A stretch of 62,917 nucleotides of DNA, filler included, from Reticulomyxa filosa (Eukaryota > Protista > Foraminifera), in the NCBI GenBank assembly GCA_000512085.1. It is 20 parts of 20 records of this genome, joined end to end, with 100 filler letters (N's around TTAATTAATTAA, not from the genome) between each part and the next. Parts side by side here need not be neighbours in the genome. Positions count along the whole stretch, not along the records: positions 29,179 to 42,686 come from ASPP01015064.1; positions 42,787 to 43,943 come from ASPP01040365.1; positions 44,044 to 50,099 come from ASPP01002802.1; positions 50,200 to 55,227 come from ASPP01025798.1; 16 more parts are not named here. One strand, written 5' to 3'. Below the pieces are notes generated by a model. That model was not told the origin of the DNA and made no database searches. It saw only the letters and a program-made list of their open reading frames with translations. This document shows, piece after piece, positions 36,900 through 50,450 of the stretch. Made by a program: the position numbers and the translations under genes. Position 1 is the first letter of the stretch, and the number at the start of each line of letters is the position of its first letter.

Positions 36900-39106
36900 A
36901 TGTCGTTCATCGACGAACTTCAAAGAGAGGTGACGGATGGAATGCTCGATCACCAAAACGGAGAGTTTGAAAGATCTCTTGAGCATTTCAACAACGCCCT
37001 AAAAGGAATGTCTAAATATCTGCCACATGCGGTAAGTACGTGAGAGAAAAGTTGGACCCACCAAACAAACAAACAAAAAAGCCTGTTAACGCATTGAAAG
37101 GATTGCCTTAGCCATGTAACAAATCAAGGCCTTCCATCCCTCTCTAATTAAAAAAAAAAAATGTTCCAGAGCGTTTTTGTCTCCGACAAGATATCGGGAT
37201 TGTATCCAACTATACATATAATCACTACACATACACACAAAAAGCAAGCAGAACTTGCAGCTCTACATAGTGATGTACATCAAAGGATCGGGATAAATTA
37301 TTGCGACATGATGGATCAGATCGTGATGGGATGTAGTGAGCAGAAAAAGCCCGTTCCGGAAGAGGATTTGCTGACAGTGCGAAACTACTATGACGAAATG
37401 GAAAAGAGTTTCAAAAATGCGCAATTGCATTTGTCGGAGCTGAACAAGGCCCATGACAATGGGACAGACGTGGAAGGCAGCATTAAGAACGATCCTTGTC
37501 GCATGTGTTTTTCATTGGACAGCACTCGTTTTGAACTGACACGCCCCCATTGGAAGATTGTTAACTGGCAAGTGTACCAAACGCTTGCATCAAGCTACAT
37601 CACCGTTCTTGCCACTTACGACATGACTCTATTCCCAGAGCGGAGTCGCACCATTGCCCAAGGGCTCGCGCTCGTTCGAAAGGCTTTGGAGGCTGTGAGG
37701 GACTTACCACTCGCCAAAACCTATTGGAAGTCACAGCAACATTTAGTCATCCCATCGACGAGCTTTTTTGACGACGACAACGACAATGACAACGACGTGC
37801 TAGGATACGAGCACAATGCCCTCTTTCTCAAAACGAAAGCGTGGCAAACCTTTCAAAAAGAGATCATTTGTCGACAAGTTTAGTACATTGCAAAAAAAAC
37901 AAAAAAAAAACGGGTTGCTAAATCTTTTTTTTTTTTTTTTTGTGAGTCATCAAAGTTTTTTTTTTTTTTTTTTTTAAAAAAACAAACACACAAATAAAAG
38001 ATGCAATCCTATTTCGTGTTGATCAAGGGCCTCTTGTTGAACGACGAAGTCGGGGAGGCGCATGAGGAACACAACAAGGCAATGGAACTATTGTCGAAGG
38101 TGATAAATGACAACAGCTTGGTGGACACATTGAAACGTCGTAGCGAGTCGCACGAGGACATACTGTTTTTGGAGACGTGCAAGCAGGTGCTGCAGCAATA
38201 CGAAGAGCTGCACATTGTGAACGACCAGTACGAAGAGTCTATGCATTTTTACGAGCAGTACAGCCAAACGTTGTATTACAAGCAGTGCTTCGACTTGAGC
38301 GAATTTTGCTTGTGGCGTCGAGGAAGGCTGTGTTTGTTCCAACATCACTTTGAAAAAGCACGCCAAGTCTATCAGCAATTGTTGCACCAAGAAAACAAAT
38401 TTGGACAAAAACAAAATATTGATGCGTGTCAATCTAATTTGCGAGCCATTCCAAACTGTCTCGAACAAATCGAACATTTTGAAAGAGAAGCACTTTCCTT
38501 TGAACAACAGCTTTGGTAATACTTTTGCCGTTCATTTTGTCTTCAAACTCTTTATATATATATATATATATATATATGTACATATATGTACGTATACGTA
38601 TAATGTTTTATATACATATATGTATACGTATGTATGTATATGTGTAATAAAAATAAGCGAAGTTATTGAAGTGAGTGATGAGTGGACGAAAGGCATGTTG
38701 GACATTTTGAAAGAATGGAACGAGTTTACGACCCGTTTTTTATGACGACGAGCTTTGGAATATTCACAGCTCGCCATTGGAGACAGTAATGACAGCGCCT
38801 GTGGGATGTTTGGAGCCGTTTTTGAAACGCGTGTTTGGAATTTGGTTTTGCACGGAAATTGAAAGAGAAAGCGGCAAGCGAGAGTTTGTCGCAACACTGA
38901 GCCAATTGGAACAAGACCTGGAAGCATGCAAAGGCATACCGTCACAAGCAGAGGCACGTCAAACCGAAATCGAAGCGTTGAAAAAGCAATTTGCCGCCTT
39001 GGAACAGCAAGCCATGCACAAGTTTACCCATTTATTCCAAGTGCCATTCAATCTATTGCTGTTTGTCAAATGCTTTGTCCATATTTTTGCAACTGACTCA
39101 GTTTCT

Positions 39107-39139
<33 letters not shown>

Positions 39140-39650
39140 TACGTATACATACATACGTTGTTTGGGGGGGGGGGGGAGGTTCAGTATCCATTTTTGTAAT
39201 GTTTCATGTCAATGTGATGTTGCTTCAGAATGTAGAGGAAAAACAAAACATGGAAGAGCCAGTGGATAAGGACAGTGCTGATGAAGCAGCTCAATTGAAA
39301 TATTACTTGTCGTTGATCACTCCAGAGTGTGGGCAAGAATTGGTCAAGTTTTTTGAAGTTGCTCTTTTTTTTTTTTTTTTTGAAGGGTATACGTATACAG
39401 ATACACACATATGCAATGGTTTAAAATTATGTGAATGTTAAAAAAAAAGGGCATTTGCTATTACAATTTAGAGAGAAATAACCATCACGAAATTCGTGTG
39501 GCTCAAACCAACTTTGAACAGACAATCTTGTTGGCAGAAGTGTTGTCTTGGGAAGTGCATTTGGGAGATTGGTATTTGGAGTTGGCACAAATTTGCAAGA
39601 CATTGGAAAACAAGGGAAAACTTAAAACTGTTGAGTTTTAAAATATATAC

Positions 39651-39681
<31 letters not shown>

Positions 39682-42600
39682 AAGGTATGTTTGAAATAGT
39701 GCTTGACAAAGGCAAGTGAATACGGAAAGAAATACAAGCAAATGGATGTAGTCCGAGAAGCGATGCTCCTGGAAGCGGAAATGCACGACAAGCAAGGCCA
39801 ATGGAATCTGCGAGACTCGGTATTGGCGAAAGTGCCAAGTGAAATGCACGCGCAACGCGCGTACAATTTGCGACAGCAAAGACATGCCTTTAGCCAACAA
39901 GTGAAACAGCACGAGAGAAAACAAGGAGGGAAAAGATGCAACTCCAAGTCGGTCGTGCTCAAGATTGACAGTGACGACGATGACATGGACATTATGACGA
40001 CCCTTGCAATAGAAGAAGGCCAGGCCATTCAATGTCATCAAGTCCCTTCAAATCGAGAAACGAACAAAGCCATCCAAAAAAAGGCAAAAAGTCGATTCGA
40101 AGAAAGTGACAATGACAGTGACAGTGACAATAATAATAATAATAATAATAATAACAATGACAAGGACAAGGAAAAAGAAAAAGGGATAAAGAAAGAAAAC
40201 AATGGTAATGAAATTGAAATTGTGTCACCAATGTCGTGGAATGGCAGTCCGGTGCAAATCGGAGTTAAGCGCAAGAGCGCGTCAAGTTTGCAAAAGGAAC
40301 TTGATCCTCCCCACAAGTACTTGAAACGTAATGACGGAACTCGAGAAGCTTTTTCAGGTGTCGATTTTTGTTTGTTATTTCATCGAAATATTTTGTGCTC
40401 TTCACAAATATATATATACATATATACGTACACATACATATACATATACATTTATATCTGTACGTATACATATAAGCACGTACGCAACATACATGAATGC
40501 ATATAAAAAGGTGAGATGAACAAAGCAGAGACGATTAATTTGGAGGCGGAAAGCAAAGAAATGGAGATGGAGGACGAGTCTCATTTGACGCTGCCAATGC
40601 TGGAGGACGTGGACGTGGAGCAGCTGAAGGCTAGCGACATAGCGACGATAATTGGAAATGGAACAGAGGATAGAAATGAAAATGAAAATGAGAATGAAGT
40701 GGATAATGAGGAGGAGGAGGAGGAGGAGGAGGAAGATGATGAAGAGGAGAAGGATGTGATTCAAACGCAAGATAAACGAAGCGTGCACGTGCGCGGACAA
40801 AACGTAAAGCATGACGGACACGAGGACGAGCTGCAAGAGTTGGACATGCGCATAGCGTTGTTTGAGTCGAAAGTGCGCAAATGGCAGTCGGTGGGCGACT
40901 GTGTGCAAGTGGCGTTGTACAAGTTGTATTTGGGCTCGGAAGTGCGTGACAAGGCCATTTTCTTGGAGACGTTGGGCGACGATGAGTCTCTGCGGTCCAG
41001 TCGAGCGGACTTGCACAAGTGCATCGACACGTTGAAAAGCATCCCGCCTTTGATACAACACCTGGGCAATGCCGTCGACAAAATGAAAGTGTTCCATATT
41101 TTATGTGGTGCTAATGATGGTGTTGCTACAAGTTATATGAAGTTGGATGATTATGATCGTGCCAAAACATTTGAACAGGTTTTTTTCATTGGTTCCCTCC
41201 TCCCCCCCCCCCCCCCATATATACTATATATACCTTATATATAGTATATATGAGGGGACTCACATGAATTGCATGCTATGTAACAATGACGACAATAGGA
41301 AACACTGAACACGATAAACAACTGGAAAGAAATAAAAAGTGGGGAGGAAGTGCGTATGAAGGCATATAAAAATCATTGGAGCTATTGGGCCAATCACAAC
41401 ATGGCTGTCATTCATGTGGAATTGTCCAAACGGGAAATCGCAGATTTGAACAAGAGCAGAGAGCTTCTCAAAAAAGCTGTTCAACACTTTGAAAAGGCCT
41501 TGGAGGCGCTGCATCAACTGCTCTTGCTACAGCCTTCCAAACATGAACTTTCCAAAGGCGATCAGAAACGAATCATGGGCATGGGGGAGTGGGACGAGGA
41601 CGAACCCGAAGATGACGAAGTTCAAAGACAAGAAATTACCGTTTTGATTGAATTGGCAAAAATTCATGAAGAAATGAACGAATGGCAAGTTGCTTTAGAT
41701 TATCTCACCGTTGCTGACGCCGTTCAGTCATAATTGTCTTCCCCTTTTTTTTTTTTTTTTTTATTAAAAAAAAAAAAAAAAAAGCAATAAATGAATTTAT
41801 GTATGTATCTGTAATAAAACATAATAATCAAACTAACACCAGAAATGTGAAGAATACCAATTGCAAGAGTCACAATTCAAAACCAATTATGAACGTGCAA
41901 TGTTGGAATACAGTCGTCGTAATTATGAAAACGCTTTGAAGCAGTTGCAGCGATGTCAATCCCTGTGGAAAAAAAATAACCAACTGAAAGGGAGTGAATT
42001 GACAGCAGCTGAAATTCTTCAGTTATTTTATCCTTTTATTTTGTTAAAAAGTAAGTCGCAGGAAATATTTCATATGACTTTAAAATTGGATTTATTTGTT
42101 TGTTTGTTTGTTTGTTTTTTTGAAAGTTATTACAATGTATTGAAATGGATTGGAAACGTAAAAGACAAAATGGGGAATTTCCAACAAAGCAAAAAATGCT
42201 TCGGCGAGTTGGTTCGCTGGGTACAAAGCCATTGTGTACGCTACCGTCAATTTGTTCAAGAGTCCAATCAGCTGCTCAAAGCTGCCCACGCCAAGTGCAA
42301 AAAATGGATTGAATTGACACAATTGCGAAGAGAGATTTCCTCCAAAGGTCGCTGCTTTTTTTTTTTTTTTTTACATACGTATATACATGCATGTGGTACA
42401 GGCTCTGTTTTGTTTATCTTTTGCACAAAAATCGGTGCCTGCATATGCGGTGTATATATATGTATGTATATGAAAATGCAGAGACAAATATCGCGAAGAA
42501 AGATGGATTACTGCGCCAATACTTTGAACTCATTTGCGGTTATGAAACACTAGAGTTGTATTCCTCGATTATAAATCTGAGTGAGGCAATAAAGGCGCTC

Positions 42601-42686
42601 TTTGAACAATTTGACAGCGGCATGATCCAATTAAAGATCATTCGCGCCTTTGTTGTGGCTTTTATGAACGTGGAAGATTTCTCCAC
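36900..42686 (+). CDS. Large TPR/alpha-solenoid repeat protein, many exons, 3'-truncated
   Basis: Exon 1 MSFIDELQ...GEFERSLEHFNNALK (36900-37031). Further TPR-like exons: GRLCLFQHHFEKARQVYQQLL, LAKIHEEMNEWQVALDYL, EYSRRNYENALKQLQRC, IGNVKDKMGNFQQSKKCF. Acidic and poly-Asn linkers. Confidence 0.7.
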
Positions 42687-42786
42687 NNNNNNNNNNNNNN
42701 NNNNNNNNNNNNNNNNNNNNNNNNNNNNNNTTAATTAATTAANNNNNNNNNNNNNNNNNNNNNNNNNNNNNNNNNNNNNNNNNNNN

Positions 42787-43265
42787 AGAAATTTTAAGGT
42801 TAATAAATTAGAATACCAAACTGGTTTGGATTTGTCTTTGTCTTGTGGTAGGTGTTGCTGTGTGGACATTCCCCGACGAAAGGTCATATGATAATATGCA
42901 TAATTATTACCCGGTTTATGTGAGAAATATTTGCAATCATTTTTGTTCATTGATCGATTAAAATAACCCATATTACTATTTTTGTTCTCCATTACCATCA
43001 TTCCGCTCCATCTCTTTTGTGTCTCTTTTCCATTCTTGTGTTCCAGATCTTCTTTTTCCTTCTTTTCATCCGATGCCAACAACAGACTTCCACCTTGGTG
43101 CCACAAGTCTTTGTTCATGTTGTATTTATCTCTTTTGTTTGTGTTGGAGTGAATTTGATAGCGGTTCAATTGCAATAAAGAGAAATCAGCATTCTCCACT
43201 GAATACTGTCGGTAGTGAAGAGAGCTTCTCCGTAAAAACACTCTATTCACAGCTCTAAAAGACAT
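42787..43265 (-). CDS. Hypothetical protein N-terminus with a mitochondrial presequence-like start, 3'-truncated
   Basis: MSFRAVNRVFLRRSSLHYRQYS is Arg/Ser-rich and lacks acidic residues. The frame is open to the contig end. Confidence 0.5.
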
Positions 43266-43724
43266 GGCAAGTTCACTTTTGTATTAGCAAAAGCAGCTGC
43301 AAGGCATGAAGCAGCGATATTTTATTTTATTTTTATTCTTTTTAATTTTATTTTCCCTTTTCAGTAACCATTTTCTGGAAACTTTTTTTATTACGCTGTT
43401 CTTCGTCTTTTTACTCTACACTTTTCATATTGGAGCATATTTTTTTTGTACATTTCTTTTACTGATATTTCTGGAAATCAATGCCCATTTTTTTCATAGA
43501 TTGATAGTTTCGAGCAAAATTATTGAATATATTTAAAGAGATCATTGCTACTCATCATATTAATGATATTATTATAGTGTTTCTTTTGGACAGTAGGAAA
43601 AAAAAAGAAGAGATAAGGCTGTCAAGTATTTGTTCAATCATTATAACGATTTTGCGTTACAATTTCTTTTTCCCCAAATTTCAAATAAAATCAATAAAAG
43701 AAAAAACAAGCAAAAAAAAATAAT

Positions 43725-43916
43725 TCACAAATCCTCCTCCAACAACACCGCAAATTTTCTTTGATGGAATTTCTTGATCAATCGCTTTTGCTGTTGAGTT
43801 TTCTTAAAACGTAGTTGCTGTTGCAAGCGTAATCTATCTCGACGGGTTAATTTTGGTCTCAAATCCAAAGGTAATGATTTTTTGTCACCTTTTGTATAAT
43901 GCTCACTGGCCTTTTG
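43725..43916 (-). CDS. RPL35: 60S ribosomal protein L35 (uL29), last exon
   Basis: Not in the ORF track. After an AG acceptor: QKASEHYTKGDKKSLPLDLRPKLTRRDRLRLQQQLRFKKTQQQKRLIKKFHQRKFAVLLEEDL*. PLDLRPKxTR and RKFAV are the eukaryotic L35 C-terminal signature. Confidence 0.88.
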   Translation of the reverse strand, partial: QKASEHYTKGDKKSLPLDLRPKLTRRDRLRLQQQLRFKKTQQQKRLIKKFHQRKFAVLLEEDL

Positions 43917-44805
43917 CTATTCACAAAGGACATACTTTTTTTTNNNNNNNNNNNNNNNNNNNNNNNNNNNNNNNNNNNNNNNNNNNNTTAATTAATTAAN
44001 NNNNNNNNNNNNNNNNNNNNNNNNNNNNNNNNNNNNNNNNNNNGCATTTTATTTTTTCTGCAATTTTTTGTCAATTGCAAACATTTATCATTTTATACAA
44101 CATTAATATTTTGCTTATCGATTTTATTTTTTCTTTGCAAATTCAGTTTTTTTTTTGCTTGTTTTTTGAGTTAGTAATGTAGTGTAAAAAATATTTGAAA
44201 AGCAATAAAGATATCATAATTTATTTTAAATAAAAGCTTTTTTGAATTTTTTGTGCATCAGAATAAAAGTAGCTAAAAAAAAATACAAAAATTAATAAAT
44301 TAAAATATTAATGTCATAGAAAATGTTTGTAATTGACAAAAAATGTAGAGAAAAATGAAATGTATTTTGAAACACTTGAAGATTCTTGTATATTTTAAAA
44401 AATTTGAAAAAATGTTAATTTTTGACTTAGAAAATCGATCATCTTCATAAGGTGCCATTTTGATATGTCAAGACTTTTGTTACTACCTGTAAATACACTA
44501 TATCAGCCAGTAATCTTATTAATGTGGCATTATCAAGTTTAATAATTTAATGTGATTTTCTGTGTTATAAATTAATTTAGATTTGATGAAAATTGTATGT
44601 TTGCCATTGCTTTGAAATTTTGAAACAAACATACGCCAACGTAGCTACATTATATTAGAAAATTATCTCTTTCTATCTTTTAACTTAAAACTTGCTCATA
44701 TAATCAGATATTGTATTACTTTAGTTTATTCTCAATTTTTTTCTTCTTTTGCAACAAAGGAGAAACGTCTACCCCGTAACTCATGTACACTTGCTGCGTC
44801 TCAGT

Positions 44806-47800
44806 CTATATTGGCACATCATAATTATTGGAACTAATCCAGCGTGAAACAAAAACAAATAAACTTACATGAGGATCAAAATTTGTTTCAAGTGCTAAAT
44901 GCACAACATGACGAAGTTCAACTTCATCTGTTGGTATCCATTGCAAACTAGTCGAAGCCATTTTGCTATCTGCAAATCCTTCTAAAAGCTGAACTTCATC
45001 TCCCATGTCAAAGGACATTTCGTACTCCGTTGTTTCAAGGCGTTCCAATTCTGTTTCTGGTTTTTTTAAAGATAATTTACTTTTTATTTGAAAATAACAG
45101 CACATAAAAGACAAACCTTTCCATTGGTTAATCTTTGCCATAATATCGTTCAATTTTTCGGGAGTGATATTCCGATAAGATTGGATTATTTGTGTCTCTA
45201 GCCCTTTGTCAACAGTGAGTTGAACTTTTGCTTTTGGCTCCGAGTCTTCAATAATACTGTTGCTTTTGCTGTACATTACTTGAGAAGTATTGTTTTCTGC
45301 ATATTCTTGGGCAGGAATTTGCCATTCATCAATGACTGGATTCCATTGTGAATATTTTTCTATGAACTCTAGCCACCTAAACGTTTAAATTTTGTCAAAC
45401 ATCGTTATTTTATTTGTTTCAAAAAATCGCTCTGAAAGCTTGGTTTAGTTTTTTCTGGTTTTTTTGCCTCTTTATCCTTTTATTTTTATTAGTCAATATT
45501 ACAGTGTTCTTTCCAAATTTTTAATTGCCAACACTGATAACAGTGTTTAAAAGGAAAAACTAAATCATTTATCAAATTTTATAAGATTTCGAAATATGAT
45601 CTAAAACAAAAAAGTAACTTGATTGGAATAAAATACTCAAGAATTAGTTGGCGCAAATGAAATTGTTTTGTTAGTTCATATATACTGTCCGTTAGCTCTT
45701 GTTCCTCTGTCAGATATTCTTCTTCACATTCGCTTAGCTCGTCTTTTTTAGTTTGATATTTCTTAAACAAAAGTTTCAATTTTTTAGTTTTATCATTAAT
45801 TTCGTCCGTGGCATTGTTAAACCGCTTATCAATACAAAGTGATTCATCTTTGATCATTTCCATTTTTGTTAAGAGTGCCGCATTTTGCTTATCACGCTCA
45901 GCAATTTCTTCTTGAGTTTTTATTATTTCTTGTTTTTGCTGTTTATTTTTGAAATATTAATATTGCCCGCGAGTCCAGTTTTATCTTTTTCTAACGCTTC
46001 TCCTATTTATTTTCATTGATACAAGTCTAGTAACAGAAAAATGAAAGGGGTAGGGAAGAAAAAAGTGCAATATACCTCCGCCATGTAAGAATTGATTATG
46101 TTTTCCTTGAATCAAATTCTCTAACTTTTTAACATTTTCTTCTTCCACAAGCAAATCTTCTGTACATTTTTGCAAACTTTCCATTGCCTTTTGAGTTTGT
46201 TGCTGTGTCTTCGTTTGCTTTTCTTTAATTTCAGATTGTATTTGTTTGTAATTGTCTTCCATTTGTTTCTTTGCATCAGCTGCTTGCATTTTTAACTTCT
46301 CTAAATGTTCTTTTGCTACTGGATCCCACATTTCTGCATTTTTTGTTTGAGTTTTTTCCGTTCCGGGTTTGTTAATTTTCATCAGGTTTAAATGATTTTC
46401 ATTTGCTTGTTGCAATTGCAGTGCCAACTTTTTCTAATTCTTCTTTCATTTTACAAATCAATGCGTCTTTAGGATTTTCATTCACATGCGGCTTGTTCTT
46501 TATATTTTTTGCTCGGCTTGCATAACTTTTTTGAAAATCGCATAAGAAAAAATTATAGTATAATTTTGTTACACCTCGTGTCAAAACAAGTTGATAAGTC
46601 CAAATAAAACAAAAGATTATACACTCAACCGTAAGGTTGACAGAGTTTCGTCTAGATTAACATCAGCAGGCCCGAGATTCGCTATCATTATCTGTAAAAA
46701 AAAAGAAGTGCTTGGGGGCTTGGTGCAGTTTTAAAAAATTTTAATAGTAATCATCAAACTGTTTTGGTGTTTCCGCCTAACGAATCTTGTAACAATTTGG
46801 TTAACTTCGAGTCTCGAAATGGTATATGAGTAGCTTTATCATTGACTAAAGCTTTGATTACATTTCCTAAAGCAGACAAGGACAAGTTGATGGATTTTGC
46901 TTCTTCAAGTCTTTCTCCACTAGACATGGTCTTTTTTTGTCTTTCACTTCCTGCCAAATCAACTAAGTTTAGTTTTCCCATTTTGTAATAAGTTTGTCCT
47001 TCGCTATCTTGATGAAATGATTCGATTACCAATGAAAAAATGCAATGAGAACGAGAGGAACCTGGGTTCATAGCGGTTGCACCTACCGCTCGAGATTTTT
47101 GGCCTTTTCGGAGAGTCTAAAAAAAAAAACCAATTTTTTTGTTTTCATTCCATCAATACCATATATGCACAATGACAGAGACGAAACGTCCAACATGTCT
47201 TTTACGGACTTCACAGAATATGTTGTCAAGTTTTTTACATAAAACCATCATTTTTTGACTGTTTGATTTCCATTTTTTCTCGAGTTTTGCCGGACAACAA
47301 ATCATAAATTTCATCCTGGTAAATTTCTAAATATGACACGCGTAATAAAAACTCCATTTCTTTGGGAGATTCTTGGACATGTTTTATTACATGAAAAAAA
47401 GTCCGAGGCATTATTCCGCTCTCTTTCTCGTCTTGTGTCTTTTTTTTAGTAGAACAACAAACACAATATGATAAGTTGTCTCATTTTCAACTTCCAAATG
47501 AAATTTTTAAAAACGATTGGCCAGAAAAGGACTTACTTGTCCCTCCATGGTATATGTTTTACCCGTTCCAGTTTGTCCATATGCAAAAATTGTACCATTA
47601 TACCCTTGTAGTACACAATCAACAATCGGTTGCGCGGTCTAAGTTCCCCAAGTGTTTGAATGAATATGATTTATATAGTACCATGCAATTTACAAAAACT
47701 ATTTTGTTTGCAAAAACATGAATCAGTCTTATATTCAAACTTGTTCATAAATATGCTGTTGCAAAGACTCTGGTGCAAACACATGATCAAAAGAGTAAAA

Positions 47801-48031
47801 TTTTGATTGAACACGATTTTGATTATCTTCATATTGCACCCAAATTTGAGGAATGCTACTATCCTTCTGAATTCCGACTACACTCTTGTACTGATTTTTC
47901 TATGTTTTAATTGTAAAAATTTGTGGCAGTTACATCCTAAAACCTGGATGGTTGTGCATCGAAACCTTTTCATGTTCATTTAGCGGACGGATGCGTACTG
48001 CTACTTTCACTGTCTCTGACCTTTCCGACAT
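44806..48031 (-). CDS. Kinesin-2 family (KIF3-like) motor, multi-exon; 3' end approximate
   Basis: [92 protein letters not shown], neck [23 protein letters not shown] (kinesin-2 type), coiled-coil stalk with LILEYFIP. Confidence 0.9.
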
Positions 48032-48778
48032 ATTTTTGTTTTATAGTGTGCAAGCTGAAACTTTTTACTGTGACGTAATACAATTTCAACAAAGATCTAA
48101 ACAGTATATTGGATTTTATTATAATTGTTCAAAACAATAACTTTAATTTAAAAAATGTTTATTGCCAATAATACTCTAATTATTTTGCCGTTTTTAAAAA
48201 CTGTTGCTTTTGAATGCATGAGCAATTGCCATCCCTTCCTTTTGATTTTCTATATTTGCCTTTTCAAGATTTTTCTGAATAATTACATCTACTTGCGATT
48301 TGTGTTTTTGTAACTTTACGTGCAGAGAAATGTTGGTTTTTTCGAAGCTCTCCACGTTGAGCGAAGCTAGATAAAATCTTTTAAAAAAAGAAAGAAAACA
48401 TTAATGCACGTTATAAATTGAAAAAAGTAAACTAGATTGAGTTCTTGACGCAACTCTGACATTAATTGATGGAAGCTAACAGCTTCTTAGAGATAATTTC
48501 TTTTTAAAAACACTTAAACATCTGAGAAATCAATGTATTGAATAGGGAAGAGGGAAAGTGTTAATTCGAACAATGACGAAGGAGGGGACTGGACGTTGTC
48601 CAACATGTATAGCATATATCTTAAAACAGACTTTGTTATTATTCCCAGAGTAAATTGTAGTGTATGCTTACCGGGAATATTTCTTGAACTTTATCATTAT
48701 CTATTGTGAAGTTGGATTTATCGTCGGATCTCCAAGTAGAAAGAGCGAGACAGAAGAAGAAGAAAAAAAGGTAATGGC

Positions 48779-50035
48779 TTACTTTGTTTCTACCAATTGT
48801 TTTTCTTGTTGTCGATTACTGTAACCGCTATGATTACTATTATCACTATGATCACTACAGTCATTGTCCTCACATTCTTCTTCATCTCCGGCATGGCCTA
48901 TATCAGCATTGTTATGGTGAGTATTGTCATCGTCACTGTCATCCGCATCCTCAGTATCATCTTGCCCCACTTGGGAGACAAAAGCGTATGTTTTGGTGTG
49001 ACTGGAAGGCCTCCACAAGATCATAATGACAACAAAGATAATTCCGAACAAGATTTGCCAAAATCCGACTTCAATGAACCACAAGTGGTCCCATTCGGTG
49101 AGATAGAGTTCTTCGACCGCATAGTACATTTCGTACAAGACAAATGCAATTGCCGCAACAAGAGCAGCTCCCAGCACAGACGTGAAGGACTTGTACAATT
49201 GCAACTTGGCTGTTTGTTTGCGAAGCTGAAGCGATTGGATGGTTCGGCCGAGACAGGCAAACGTCCATAGACAGAAGAGTCCATTTAATAGCGCCATTGG
49301 CAATATCAGTACCACGCGTATCCACGTCTCTACTTTTTGTGTTTGATTGTAATGAGCGGTTGCCTCGAAGACAAACGATATTATCCAATATACACATCCA
49401 AAAATTATTATTTTGATTTTCACGGGACCTAATGTCGGTCTATATATTCGAGATATTGTAAAGCAATAATCCTAACAAAGTATGTACATATATGTATATA
49501 AACTTTATCATTTTTCTCAAAACTAACTTAGCTACACCATAGCCCATGGAAACAGCTAATACCAACATACACGAAACCGTCCTTCGGGTGACCATGGTAA
49601 CCAACCCAAAAAAAAGGGGCCTTTGTGTCGGGTGCCAACGTTATTGATGTGTAAATAATCGAAATACCACGTACACATTTCGATCAGACACATAACCAAT
49701 ACCCCACTAATACAATTCTATGTCCCAAATCCATGTTTGACAATTTTATTTACATTTTTTTTTTTCTCCATAGATACAAAAGGAAAAATTAGTGAAACTT
49801 GGACGTAAAGCAATTCCTTCCAGAAAAATGCATTCAACAAAAACCAAATGAAGGCCACAGTGAGATAAGCAATACTCATCCAACCAAAAAATGGCAAGTA
49901 GCCATACATGTCGCCAGGCAAGTGTCCGTACGGGTTCATCCATATCGACTTGCCTTCAAATGTCACATCACCCAACCCGTTTCGACAACTTGCCATTGCA
50001 AATACATGAATTGCAGTCACTTCAATTTTACATTC
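48779..50035 (-). CDS. TMEM87/PTM1-like GOST-family (Lung_7TM) protein, 5'-truncated; small extra 3' exons possible to ~48520
   Basis: MNPYGHLPG..YGYLPFFG, KELLYVQNCI, RRTVSCMLVLAVSMGYGV, LQLRKQTAKLQLYKSF, IMILWRPS..T.TYA. Confidence 0.88.
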
Positions 50036-50450
50036 TTTTTTTTTTTTTTTGTATTTGTGCATTATTTTTTTTTTCTTTTTTAATATTGATAGTGACACCN
50101 NNNNNNNNNNNNNNNNNNNNNNNNNNNNNNNNNNNNNNNNNNNTTAATTAATTAANNNNNNNNNNNNNNNNNNNNNNNNNNNNNNNNNNNNNNNNNNNNT
50201 TTCTTTTGTCATTATACTTTTTAATATTTACAAACTCTATCAAATTTAATTTTCAACAAAGAAAAAAATATGTTAAACCTTTTGAAATTAAGAATGAGGG
50301 GAGAAGAGCCAAAAAAAAACTATACAGGGACTTTGGATTTTTACATATATATACTTCGGCTGTGAAAAAGAGATGGCTGGCGCTCCTGAGTAGTGAGTTC
50401 ATTATGTTTCTATGTTTTATTTGTCAGCGTATTTGAAGCTTTTGTTTGAT

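Noticed and set aside
29891-40500. (TA)n, poly-A/T and TATACA-type tracts as mobile or regulatory elements
   Set aside because: Simple intronic microsatellites seen throughout the eukaryotic contigs.
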